Of a stretch of 64,000 nucleotides of DNA, positions 53,010-64,000 are shown in pieces. This DNA is from the human T2T-CHM13v2.0 reference genome, Homo sapiens, in the NCBI RefSeq assembly GCF_009914755.1, contig NC_060932.1; one strand, written 5' to 3'. The notes under the pieces are model-generated. The model was not told the origin of the DNA and did no database searches. It saw only the letters and a program-made list of their open reading frames with translations. A program made the position numbers and the translations under genes. Positions within the stretch are counted from its first letter, which is position 1, and each line of letters begins with the position of its first letter.

Positions 53010-53200
53010 TCTCTCTCCCCCTTCTTTCTTCCTTCTTTCTTTCGCTCTCTCTCCCTTCCTTCTTTTCTTTCCCTCCCTCCCTTTCTTCCTTCCCTCACTC
53101 GTTCTCTCTTGCTTGCTTGCTTTCTCTCCTCTCTCTCTTTTCTTTCTGCTTTCTTTCTGTATTCTTCTCCCTCCCTCTCTTCCTTCTCTCCCCCACTCCC
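53010..53200. repeat. CT-rich polypyrimidine low-complexity tract abutting an antisense Alu fragment (~53205-53272)
   Basis: Nearly pure C/T for ~190 nt. Confidence 0.88.
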
Positions 53201-54754
53201 CAACTTCCAGGCTAAAGCAGTCCTCCTGAGTAGTTAGGACTACAGACATACACGTGCCACCGCGCCCAGCTCCGTGTTCTCTTTGTTTCCCTGCCTCCTG
53301 CTCTTCCACTTATCTTTGCATGGCAGGTGGGTGCACGCAGGCATGCTCTGCATGTCTTCCTCTTGGCCATTCCCCTTCTAGTTATGGTGTGGCTTTATCT
53401 ACGCGTTCTGGAGCAGAAGCCTAGTCACAAAGCTATTTTTTTAAAACATTCATGATAATTCATTTCCTTTTATGTTTTAAAAATACTAGCTTTCTGTCTT
53501 TATTTCCTTACTAACTTACTTGGATGCCAGTAATTAGTTGTTTTAGTGAACACCACAGAGTGATATTTTGAAACTTTGGACTTCATAAAGTTGGATGAGC
53601 TCCAGTAGCAAAGAAGGAAGTGTTAACTAGTTTAACTGACAAATAAATGCTTCCCAGCTTGGTGTGCGATTGAGATTTTTGTTGCAAGTTTGTGAATCAA
53701 TTTAACTGCCCCTGCCCTGGGGACTAAAGTCAGATACGTGCTTGTGGGAATCTTTGTCTTTCCCACACCACCCTGCATTTTAAAACCTCTTGTGTGGGAC
53801 AGTCCCACCATGTAATAGCTGTTCTTCCTTACTCAGCTACTTTCCCTCCAGAGAGGCCAGTAGAAAATCTAGACTAGTTTTTTATAGTCTATTTTCATGT
53901 CACTTATTGAGAGCTACTGTTTTCTGTTAAATTGTCAGTAAATATTTTAATCAAGGAAAAGGGAGGTAATAGGAAGGAGAGAAGAACAAATCCTTAACCC
54001 TAGTAGGAACCTAATGAATGGGATTTGTTCTGGATAATTGCAGTAGTCCCCCAGCTAAAGAACCTTTTAAAAATATGTCAGATATACCCAAGAGGATTGA
54101 AATCGTACGTTCATACAAAAGCTTGTTCACCTGCAGCCTTCATATGCAATTCCTATGAATGTTCATAGCAGCATTATTCATAATAGCCAAAGTATGGATG
54201 CAACCCAAATGTCCATGAAGCAATTAATAGGTAAACAAAATGTGATCTGTTCACACAGTGGAATACTAACTATTCAGCCATAAAAAGGAATGAAGCACTG
54301 AGTCCTGCAGCCACACAGATGAACCTCAGATCCATGCTGAGCGAAAGAAGCCAGAAACAGGAGGCCATGTGCTGTGTGACTGTATTTCTAGGAAATCTTG
54401 AGTCACCATGGGCAAGATGCTATCACCTTTGTTCAGTGGCCAGAAGCGAGGGCACTAATATTTACCCTTGCCGGGGTCTACTAGATTGAAGCGTTTCCGC
54501 TAGGCCATAAACTTCCAACACGGTGACTTGTACATGTAGATATTTGATCAATATATAGCAAATGAATATTGATTTAAACAGAAAAAGGCAAGTGAGAGTG
54601 CTTTCTAAACTTAGAGCCCTAAATATATGAGGTTGTGGAATTAATAGATTCTGTTGTGTGTGTTTGAGGGAATTTAAAAATAATTTAGATGTTAAACAGT
54701 ATATTGTGGAGGTGTTTTGTAACTAATTAATGACGGCACTGAATTGACTTCTAG

Positions 54755-54913
54755 GCCTTGCAGTATTAAAACATGTGCTAACACCACGAATAAAGGCAAC
54801 TCACGTTGCTTTTGATTGCATGAAGAATTATTTAGATGCAATTTATGATGTTACGGTGGTTTATGAAGGGAAAGACGATGGAGGGCAGCGAAGAGAGTCA
54901 CCGACCATGACGG
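54755..54913 (+). CDS. AGPAT5: AGPAT5 coding exon 6 (GLAVLKHVLTPRIKATHVAFDCMKNYLDAIYDVTVVYEGKDDGGQRRESPTMT)
   Basis: cttctag| acceptor, CGG|GTAAGT donor; 159 nt, phase 1-1; HVLxPR and IYDVT motifs. Confidence 0.95.
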
Positions 54914-55581
54914 GTAAGTGTGTTCACGCACCTGAAATGCCTGTACACGGTATATACAGTGCACATGTTTATGTAGAATTCAGTTTTACAAAGTAGGTTA
55001 AGTGTACTTTTTTCCTTCATTACATTTACCCGGTATATTTTTCAAGATGTTATTAAGATGTAACAGTGGAGATTTCATTAGTCCTGCAAAGTGTGGTATT
55101 TCTTGGCTGTCGTGTGAGTCCTGTGGACTCACCAATTATCATTAATCCAGCCTCTTTCTACTCAAAGTTCACACTTAAAAGGAAAGCTCTGTAAAAGGGA
55201 GGAAGACGTGAAGAAGGAGCACGCCCGGCAGTACTGAGTGCACGTTATTAGTCAGTGCTGCCCTTTTGCTGTATTTTTCGTAAAATATTTATTAAATTTG
55301 GGTGTCATTGTGACAAGAAGAAATGCAGTTAAGTGTGACCTTTTTTTTTCCCCAAACATGTTAGGTTTTAAGAACCTTTGAGCTATTGTCAGATATAACC
55401 AGAAAAAAATAGAATTTTAAGTGAGCAGGATAACTTAGTTAAACTAACCAAACATAGTGTTAGCTGTTAGAGAAATGTAAACATGGAAATAGGCAAACAG
55501 GGAAGTGTGTGGAGTTTCTGTTTCCTTTTCAAAATATCTGTTTGAGCTGGGGTTGAGAGAGAACACTAGGCTTCATGGGGT

Positions 55582-55852
<271 letters not shown>

Positions 55853-58800
55853 TGAGCTTTGTGTTTTTACCTCATCAGCTGTTTGGGGTTGAGCCACTAT
55901 GTATGTCAGTGTGCTTGTATCAGTAGGATCTACTGAGGGCAGATGTTCAAAATATGAGCCTCCAGCACGTTTTACATGGAAACCCTCACCTGAAGCATTC
56001 GTCTGAAGTTGATGTGCCTTGGAAATTTTATAGAGTAATATTTTTAACTACAACAAAACATTTATAAAAGTAGACATTATTAAAGCATTCAGAAGTGAGC
56101 AAGGATAGAAATTATTCTGCCCAACCTTACACGTAGGCCTTCTAGACGTAGTACTGTGCACCGTTACATTATCTAACACTGTCTGTGTGTCATCTTTGGA
56201 TGTTAGGGATTTTTCCAAAGTTCAGTGAGATTATAGTTGTCAAATGATTAGTCTGTTAAATAATGATAAGATGAGGGTCACTCAGGTTTTAAAAGAAAAG
56301 CTCTTTGACTGAAAGAGAGAGCAGCTGTCTACTGCAGAAAGTTAGGGAGGGAGGCTGGAGGAGTGAGGCCCAGGGGCTAGCTAGTATAAAAATTGGTTAT
56401 GGTCGAAGGAAAAAAAAATGTAACATATTTATATCTGAAAGTTGATTGTTCTCATAATTGTATATAACACAGAGTAATTGTAAAGTAGAAAACTAAGGTG
56501 TTTTTCATTTTAGATGTAAATGTTTAGAATATGTAATGCATCAGTTTAAAAATTAAAACTGTACGAAATGCACAGTGAAACGTCTTCCTTGCTTTCCACC
56601 CTGCTACCTGGCCTTCCCTTCTCCTTCCTAGCGATAACCAGTTTTCTTAATTTGTTGTGCGTTGTATGTGCAAATTTAAGTATATCTTCTTATTCTACCA
56701 TCCCTCCCTTCTTACAGAAAAGTGGCATATTAATATTTTTCTCTTTTAAACTATCGAAGGAGTTACTTACCTATTTTTGCATTTGAAAACAGACAGTTCA
56801 TCAAGATTGTCGTTGGTTTATTAAACATAGTTTAAGATTAAACAAGTGTTTATAACCAATGAAAAACAGATAGACTCCCCATAATAACCTTGTTTAAATG
56901 CTGCTACTTTTATCATGTCCCCTCCTGTCTAAGAACCCCTTGGTTCAGCAGAGCTCATGGGTAAGGCCAGCCTCTGTTGCCTGCCATCGGAGGAATGCGT
57001 TCCAGCCGTGATCTCTGCCTTGCCTTCGCTTCCTCCTGTGCTGTGCCGTGAAGCCTCGGCCGTGGTGAAGCTGGCTGACTGAGTCCTCCTGCACCCCATG
57101 CATATTCAGTAGTTGAAGGCTTTGTGTGGCCAATCCTGCTTTCCACAGGAAACCACCCTCTCTTTTGTTGCCCTCATCCAAGGCTACTGTTCTCCCAGAG
57201 TGACAGGCGGCACCTTTCCCAGCATAGCACTGTGCCTTCTCCTGCCCCTGCTCTTGCAGTACTGCTGTGGCACTGATGGCGTGTGTTACAGTGCTGGCAC
57301 TTAGCACAGGGCTCTGCCTTTCTCTCTTCCCAGCCGCATCATAAGTGCCTTGAGGAAGCCAAAACCTTCTGTGAGTTGCATTGCCTGGGTTCCAACCTCC
57401 CACTGCCCTGCTTATCCTCTGCTACATGTGAGCTGACTGTGGCTTTGGGGTGGTCACTGCCTATGTGTATTCATTACAAATTGTCTCCTTTTGAAAGATT
57501 GACCTTTCTGACTTACCCAGATACCATAAAGAAAATAAAATCTTATCACTTCAGTCAAGGATAAAGTATTTCTGAATTAAAGGAAAAATACACCAGAGTA
57601 AAATCAAGACTGAAAGACAAACTGGGAAATTATTTGCAACCTAGATCATAGAAAAGGGGTCATTTCCTTCTTGCGTAAAGTGCACTTACAAATTGATAAG
57701 AAGATGACTGATAACTAGAAAGAAAAATGGGTAAAGAACAACAATAGACATTTCACATTTAACCTCATTCATGATAAGGTAAGTGCAAATGAAAACTACA
57801 GGGGATACCTTTTTTTTTTTTTAATCCATTAGATTGGCAAACATCCCAAGGTTTGATCATAGGCTCAGTGGGTGAGATTCAAGTATTATCAGGCATTTTT
57901 ATACTTTGCTGTTAGGAATGCAATGTAGTACAAACCTTTGTAGAAGTTGCTTTGGAAATGTCTCTCAGATGTACAAATGCATTCACATTTTAGATTTAGC
58001 ATTCCCGCTTTCTGAGACATTATTCAACATGTATACGTGTGCACATAAGATATAATAATAACACGTTTTTCCTTCTAGTGTGTTGCTTTTAACCTGTAGC
58101 TTGAAAAAACTCTGCTTTCATTGTTTTTTTTTGTTTTCTGTCACTGGCTCAGCCCTGCTTTCAATTGTTTATATGAATTGATGGGTGTTCTGGTCTGGTT
58201 ATAATCTACTTTAGTTTAAGAGTCACTTTAAATTATATGACATCTGATATAAGTTGTGTTAGGTAGAAAATTCTGTAACTTGGAATACTGTAAGTACTTT
58301 GTGGCCACATTTCATTAGTATTAAATATTATCTCTATATATAGTAGGCTATTTAATATTCATATTTTATGATGCAATTAAGAAATAATTTTTTTCTGAAG
58401 TTGGTAGATTGTTGATATGCCATGGCCCAGTGTTTCTCAAAGCATTCTGGGGGATCACTGTTTGTCAGAATTAGCTGCAGTGATTGTTGAACATGCAGGG
58501 CCTCTGCTCCACTCCACGTTGCTACCAGGACGCTCTGCAGGTGAGAGCTGGGAAGCTGTAGAAGCTGCAGTGCTAACAAATGCTACAGGAATTCTTGTAG
58601 TCACCTTCATGAGGTCTTATGTTGAGGAGAGGCAGCCAGTAGTGTCCCTTGTCCTTCCCGTTTTATGGTGTAAGTTTCATTTTAAGGGAGGTATAAATCA
58701 AAGCCCACCTGGGCATTCTCTCATGGTTCACTGCTTCTTGTAATCATGGAAGATGTCATTGCGGCAGAGACGAAACAGTGTAGTTTGATTACTATTGATT

Positions 58801-58982
58801 TTTTTTTAATTATTTTTCTGAAGTGGCTGTTGTAATGTAATAAATTGTGTGCTTAAGGACAACCTTTGGTATTCTATTTGAGTATTGTGTATGATCCTAG
58901 TTAAGTTTTTTCTACCAGTATTTTCATATTACAACATATTTACTTTCCATTTCTATTAATATTTTTATATTTAAAGTATGGA

Positions 58983-59270
58983 GGCCGGGCACAGTGGCTC
59001 ACGCGTGTAATCCCAGCATTTTGGGATGCTGAGGCGGGTGGATCACAAGGTCAGGAGTTCTAGACCAGCGTGACCAACACGGTGAAATCCCATCTCTACT
59101 AAAAATACAAAAATTAGCCGGGCACAGTGGTAGGCACCTGTAATTCCAGCTACTCAGGAGGCTGAGGTAGGGGAATCACTTGAATCCGGGAGGCAGCAGT
59201 TGCAGTGAGCTAAGATCGTGCCACTGGACTCTAGCCTGGCTGACAGAGCAAGAATCCGCCTAAAAAAAAA
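58983..59270 (+). mobile_element. AluS
   Basis: ggccgggcacagtggctcacg start, A tail. Confidence 0.88.
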
Positions 59271-62136
59271 GGGATCAGGGAAGAGGGGATTACAGATAAC
59301 CCAAAGAAGAAGGAAAAATCTCCACAAGTTCACCTGTCCAGCGGTAACCCCAATTTGGATATTTTCCTTTAACAATTTGGATATTTTCCTTTAAATCCTC
59401 TTTTTTATAATGTCTATATGTTGGAGAGAGTATGTGCCTTTACGTATTTTTTAAAGATGAGATTTCTGTGTGTGTCTATATCTCCTGTTCTTCATATTTT
59501 CTTGTGTGTTATAAACAGCTGTACATGTCAGTATATATACTTCCGTAACTTTTTTTTAAAGGCTATATAGTGTTCATTGATGTGATTTAACAGCAGTTAT
59601 CTCCCCGGCTTCATCTTGTTGGAATGTGGGTCCTGTGTGTTGCCTTCAGAGCAAATGGGGCTTGGTTTTGCAGCAAGTAGACCTGTGACCTGTACGAATA
59701 GTTGGAAGACTTTCTCTATTACCCAAGCGTATCAGTATACTTTAGTGCCTACTAGAAATTTATGGGTAGAAAAACAATAATATCTTAGAGTATTTTTTCC
59801 TAGATTCCCTAAGGTGCTATAGGGTGATTTTTACTCATGTAACATGAACTATGCTTCAACTAAGATAGTTTTTGCAAATGTGGATATATAAGTACTTTAT
59901 TAAACCTATAGGAAGTATTTATACCACTTATTTCCTCCCTTCAGTGTTAGAACCTCCTAAATGGCATTTGACATTGAACTGCTTTCCACTTTGTCGCATG
60001 CTCCTCTCATTGTCCCTACCTGGGTCCTGAACCTTAGGGACTTGGCTGTTATAGCCCCACCATGGCTACGCTGGGCCTTGGTCGTCTCTGAGACTTAGTT
60101 TCTTCATCTTACAAGGAGATAATAACAGCCCCTGCCTGCGTAGAATTGCAGAGATCAAATGAAATAATTAACATACTCAAAAGCATGCCGTAAACACATT
60201 CTGAGCACATGTACGTTTTAGGAAAAACAAAAGGACCCATGCACATTTCGGAGTGCTTTTGTCTCAGCAGCACTGCCTCTTCTTCCAAAGCTGACGTCTT
60301 AGTAGAGGCCCTGCCACGTCCTGAGCACTGTACTCCACGAAGCATTCTATTTCTGACATTCGAAATGCAGTCTGTTCCATCTTCCTTACAATCTGTATGC
60401 CAGCACTTGAAATACCGGGTATCTGCAGTGTTGACCAGGTGATTACTTAATTATGGAAATGTTGAGGTGGAGATCTAGATAATTCAGTGAAGGCAGGAAA
60501 ATTGGTGTCGGAATCTGTCTTTTTATGTGTCAGAAATAGAAATAAGATAGGGTGAGAAGTAATTTGTGGCTAAAACACTATAATAGCTAACACATAGTGC
60601 ATACTGTGTGCCAAGCACTCCTGTAGGTGCTTGAAATCTTCTATTATTATTATCCCTACTTTATAGACTTGCACCCTTAGGCACAGAGAGGCGGACAGTT
60701 GTCCAAGGTTACCCCAGAGGTGGAGATCCAGGCTACCTGACTCCACCATGTGTGCTCTTCCCTAGGGCACAGTTGTGCTGCTAAAAATACTTTTTAAGCA
60801 GTTCTTTGATTATTCAGATGATAGTACTGTAGGAAAATTAAGACAAAAATAATGAAAAATTAAAATCTTTATTTTAGTGTTTTGCACATGTATTATTAAA
60901 GCCAGTTTACTCCTGGAAGTGTGTAAGAATACAGGGTATTTTTGATCACCTAAATGCTGCATGTTACTAAGAGCTCGACACTGAAGTCAAGAAGAGCAGT
61001 TGCAGAGAGTACTTAGCAAAAACGGGAAGTGTGTGGGGTTGAAGGAGCAAAGACAAGTCTTCCTCGGACGGTGGAGTGTAGAATTCATCATTTCTCAGAA
61101 CACGTCTTTGAACGCATTTTCAATTTGAGGCCAAAGGTCTCAGCCTCCCACTCGGCATACCTCCCTACCTTAGTCAGCTCTTAAATCTTAGGAATATTTC
61201 TTTGTTCTTCAAGGAACTTAAATATGTTAACATTCTTACCTGTCCACAGGGAGCCCCCTACAAAGAAGGGAGTTTCTAGTCTCCGTTCTTTCTTGGAATA
61301 AATAATAGCCTCATACCTTGTGCAATCGAGGCTGAAAAAGACTGTCTCCTTTTTTCAAATAAGCAAGTCTTAGAAACTACAGTTGTTTACAGGGCTCATG
61401 GCTATTCCACAGTAATAATTTTGGTTCTTTTACCAATTATATAATATGTTAAAATATGGCAAGTATCAGGAAAGCAAGGAGTGGCAATGATTAGAAACCA
61501 ATGGCCAAGTTAGAGAGGAGGGGCAATTGCTCCCCCAAGTTTGTTGTGGCTGTGTAGCAGTCAGTGACGAGAAGCTGTGTGTCAGGCGACAAGCAAAGTT
61601 GAGGATTATCAGGCGCCTGTGAGTGCCCAGCTGTGTGCCAGGTCAGGAGGTGCCATCGTGAGCCAGACCAGCTTCCTCTCGGCCCCTGTGGAGCTCGCAG
61701 TCTGGTGGGGAGGCAGCAGTCACCATGGTGACAGGTGACACACTAGGATGGGGCTGGTGGTGGTAGGCATTTGCGGGTCCCTTCAGAGAGGTGAGTATGG
61801 ACTTAGAGGAGGCTCCAGCTTCCTATTCCTGGGCTGTCTATAGCACTAAAAGTTGTCACATGAAAAATAACATTTGGTACTATTGATTTAACTTAATGAC
61901 TTATGTAATTGTAGTTGACTTAGAAATTATAACATGCTCTTCTACTTCAGCTTGAAACCCCCAACCACCAGTTTATAATCCTTTTTTTTTAACTTTTGTT
62001 TATTTTTCCTAAGGAATCTGTACTTTTTCTTCATTTTACAACTTTTTTTGTCCTGTTACCTTATTTTCATTTTTACTTTATATGACCATGAGTTCTAAAA
62101 TAGTAAAAAAAAAGAATTATTTTTGTTCTTTGTTAG

Positions 62137-62260
62137 AATTTCTCTGCAAAGAATGTCCAAAAATTCATATTCACATTGATCGTATCGACAAAAAAGATGT
62201 CCCAGAAGAACAAGAACATATGAGAAGATGGCTGCATGAACGTTTCGAAATCAAAGATAA
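62137..62260 (+). CDS. AGPAT5: AGPAT5 coding exon 7 (EFLCKECPKIHIHIDRIDKKDVPEEQEHMRRWLHERFEIKDK); gene continues beyond the window
   Basis: tttgttag| acceptor, TAA|GTGAGT donor; 124 nt; cumulative CDS 869 nt with no in-frame stop. Confidence 0.95.
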
Positions 62261-63357
62261 GTGAGTAACAACAGTTCCAGCACTTCCGGAACTTCGGTTC
62301 AACTAGATTTCAGTATAGTCAACAATTTGAAACCAATGTAAATGGTTATATTGTCTCAAGAATACATTTTATAAATTCAAATCAAATTTTATGCATGTCT
62401 GATCGTGTTTTAAACTTTACTTGTACAAATCAGTCTAAAAGAACTTGTTACAGTGGGCCCATCTACTTGCATTGATAGTATTTCTTGGACAATACTACGT
62501 GATAACATAGCAAATTAAATTAAAAACAACAACAAACACACAAAAAAACTTTCCAGTGTCAGATGCCCGGACCTACCTGTCAGGTCACATAAAGTGGTGT
62601 TACTGTGTGAGGTCTGGCTGTTGGGCCAGTGTGCGCAGAAAAGCAAGGGAGGGGTAGAGGACTATGCGGACGTGCAGGTGGACATGATGCTGTTATATTT
62701 GTTGGAAATAGAAGGGGGCAGTTGACAGCGTTATATCCAAAGTGTCTTCTGTGGTTAATTATATTCAGAAATTTTAGCCAATTGTTTTATTCTCTAAATA
62801 TGTACTTTCTGCTCAAGAAACTATCATTGTTCTTCTTTTCCTTGTTTTACAGTACAGTGTTTTTAATTAACCCTCCTGGGTTAACTTTACCAGGTGAAAA
62901 TGATTAAAAGTGTAATAGGTTAACAATGAAACTTTAAGCTTCTATTTTTCATTGACTCTTAACTGTACATGATGTAATGTATTCAGCGAGCCATTCAGGA
63001 CCACTTTGGCCCATGGAAGAAATTTAAAAGTAAGATCTACATGTATTGACATGAAAATATGTTCTCAGAAAAAAGACTAATGTATTTAATGTCCTACTTA
63101 TTTTATAAGTATTTAGAATACCTCTGGACATTTTAAAACAATGATTATTGCTAGGGTGTGTGATTTATAAAGCAATAGAAGCGCTTTCCCTTTCTGTTTG
63201 TGTTTTAGATTATTATATCGGGTATGTTCTGCTATCATAACTTTACAAATCTTATGTAATATGGGAAAATGAGTTAACTATGCTGTTTTCCTTCTTTTAC
63301 CTGCCTTTCTAATTCTGTGGGAATAAAGGCGTTTTTGAGACAGCCCAGGTGTAGTGA

Positions 63358-63852
63358 GCAGTCCATATCCATGGATTCCACATTCATGGATTCCACCAAG
63401 CACAGACCAAAAATACTCAGAAAAAAAGGGGGCTGGCTGTGGTGGCTCATGCATGTAATCCCAGCACTTTGGGAGGCTAAGGCAGGCAAATTGCTTGAGC
63501 CCAGAAGTTCAAGACAGCCTGGGCAACATGGCAAAACCCTGTCTCTACAGAAAATACAAAAATTAGCCAGGCGTGCACCTGTAGTCCCAGCTACTCAGGA
63601 GGCCGAGGTGCGAGGATCACCTGAGCCTGGAAGGTTGAGACTGCAGTGAGCTATCATTGTGCCAACTCCAGCCTGGTAACAGAGTGCCTTTTTTCAAAAA
63701 AAAAAAAAAAAAGGATTTGGGAGGATATGCATATGTTATATTCAAATACATGCCATTTTATTCATATATCAGGGACTTGAGCATCCTTTGATCTTGGTCT
63801 CTGCCGGGTATCCTGGGACCAGCCCCCTGTCGATACAGAGGGACCGCTGTCT
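63358..63852. mobile_element. MER2-like MITE interrupted by a sense AluJ (~63432-63712)
   Basis: ccatggattccacattcatggattc before the Alu; cagggacttgagcatcc..gtcctgggaccagcccc..gatacagaggg after it. Confidence 0.7.
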
Positions 63853-64000
63853 AAGAACCGCTGGTCCTATCTTTGACTTCTGGCGGAATAGGAGCTCCAT
63901 GTAAAAAGGAGGAGAAGCTGCAGCGGGTTATTAGCCATTTGTGAGTCAGGTCACTGTAAAACTTTATCAAAAGTTTAAAAGACAAAAAGCATCCTCATAA

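Noticed and set aside
52910-53309. Lys/Glu/Arg-rich and Leu/Ser/Phe-rich ORFs
   Set aside because: Translations of the CT low-complexity tract

Overview
Primate (almost certainly human) genomic DNA from the AGPAT5 locus (8p23.1 by recall); nothing here is prokaryotic. The first ~15 kb is a repeat-dense upstream region: Alus, an L1 ORF2 remnant, a Tigger3/Golem element split by a solo LTR2, and THE1D, LTR8, MER65-like, MLT1, MSTB and Charlie1 elements. A CpG-island promoter follows (~15.2-16.55 kb), then coding exons 1-7 of AGPAT5 on the + strand (869 nt, all GT-AG; the last exon lies beyond the window). Intron 1 holds a sense-oriented, TSD-flanked processed pseudogene of PTPN4 (25629-28420). 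It appears to derive from an exon-skipped transcript and lacks the 3' UTR. Intron 5 holds a perfect 20-bp inverted repeat matching the bidirectional MIR4659A/MIR4659B hairpin. Most long ORFs in the track are Alu, low-complexity or GC-rich artefacts. I found no convincing wholly new biological system. The most interesting items are the retrocopy architecture, a duplicated CCAAT+X-box promoter module, upstream ORFs and candidate alternative splice events. Repeat family names are by-eye recognitions and were not run through RepeatMasker.
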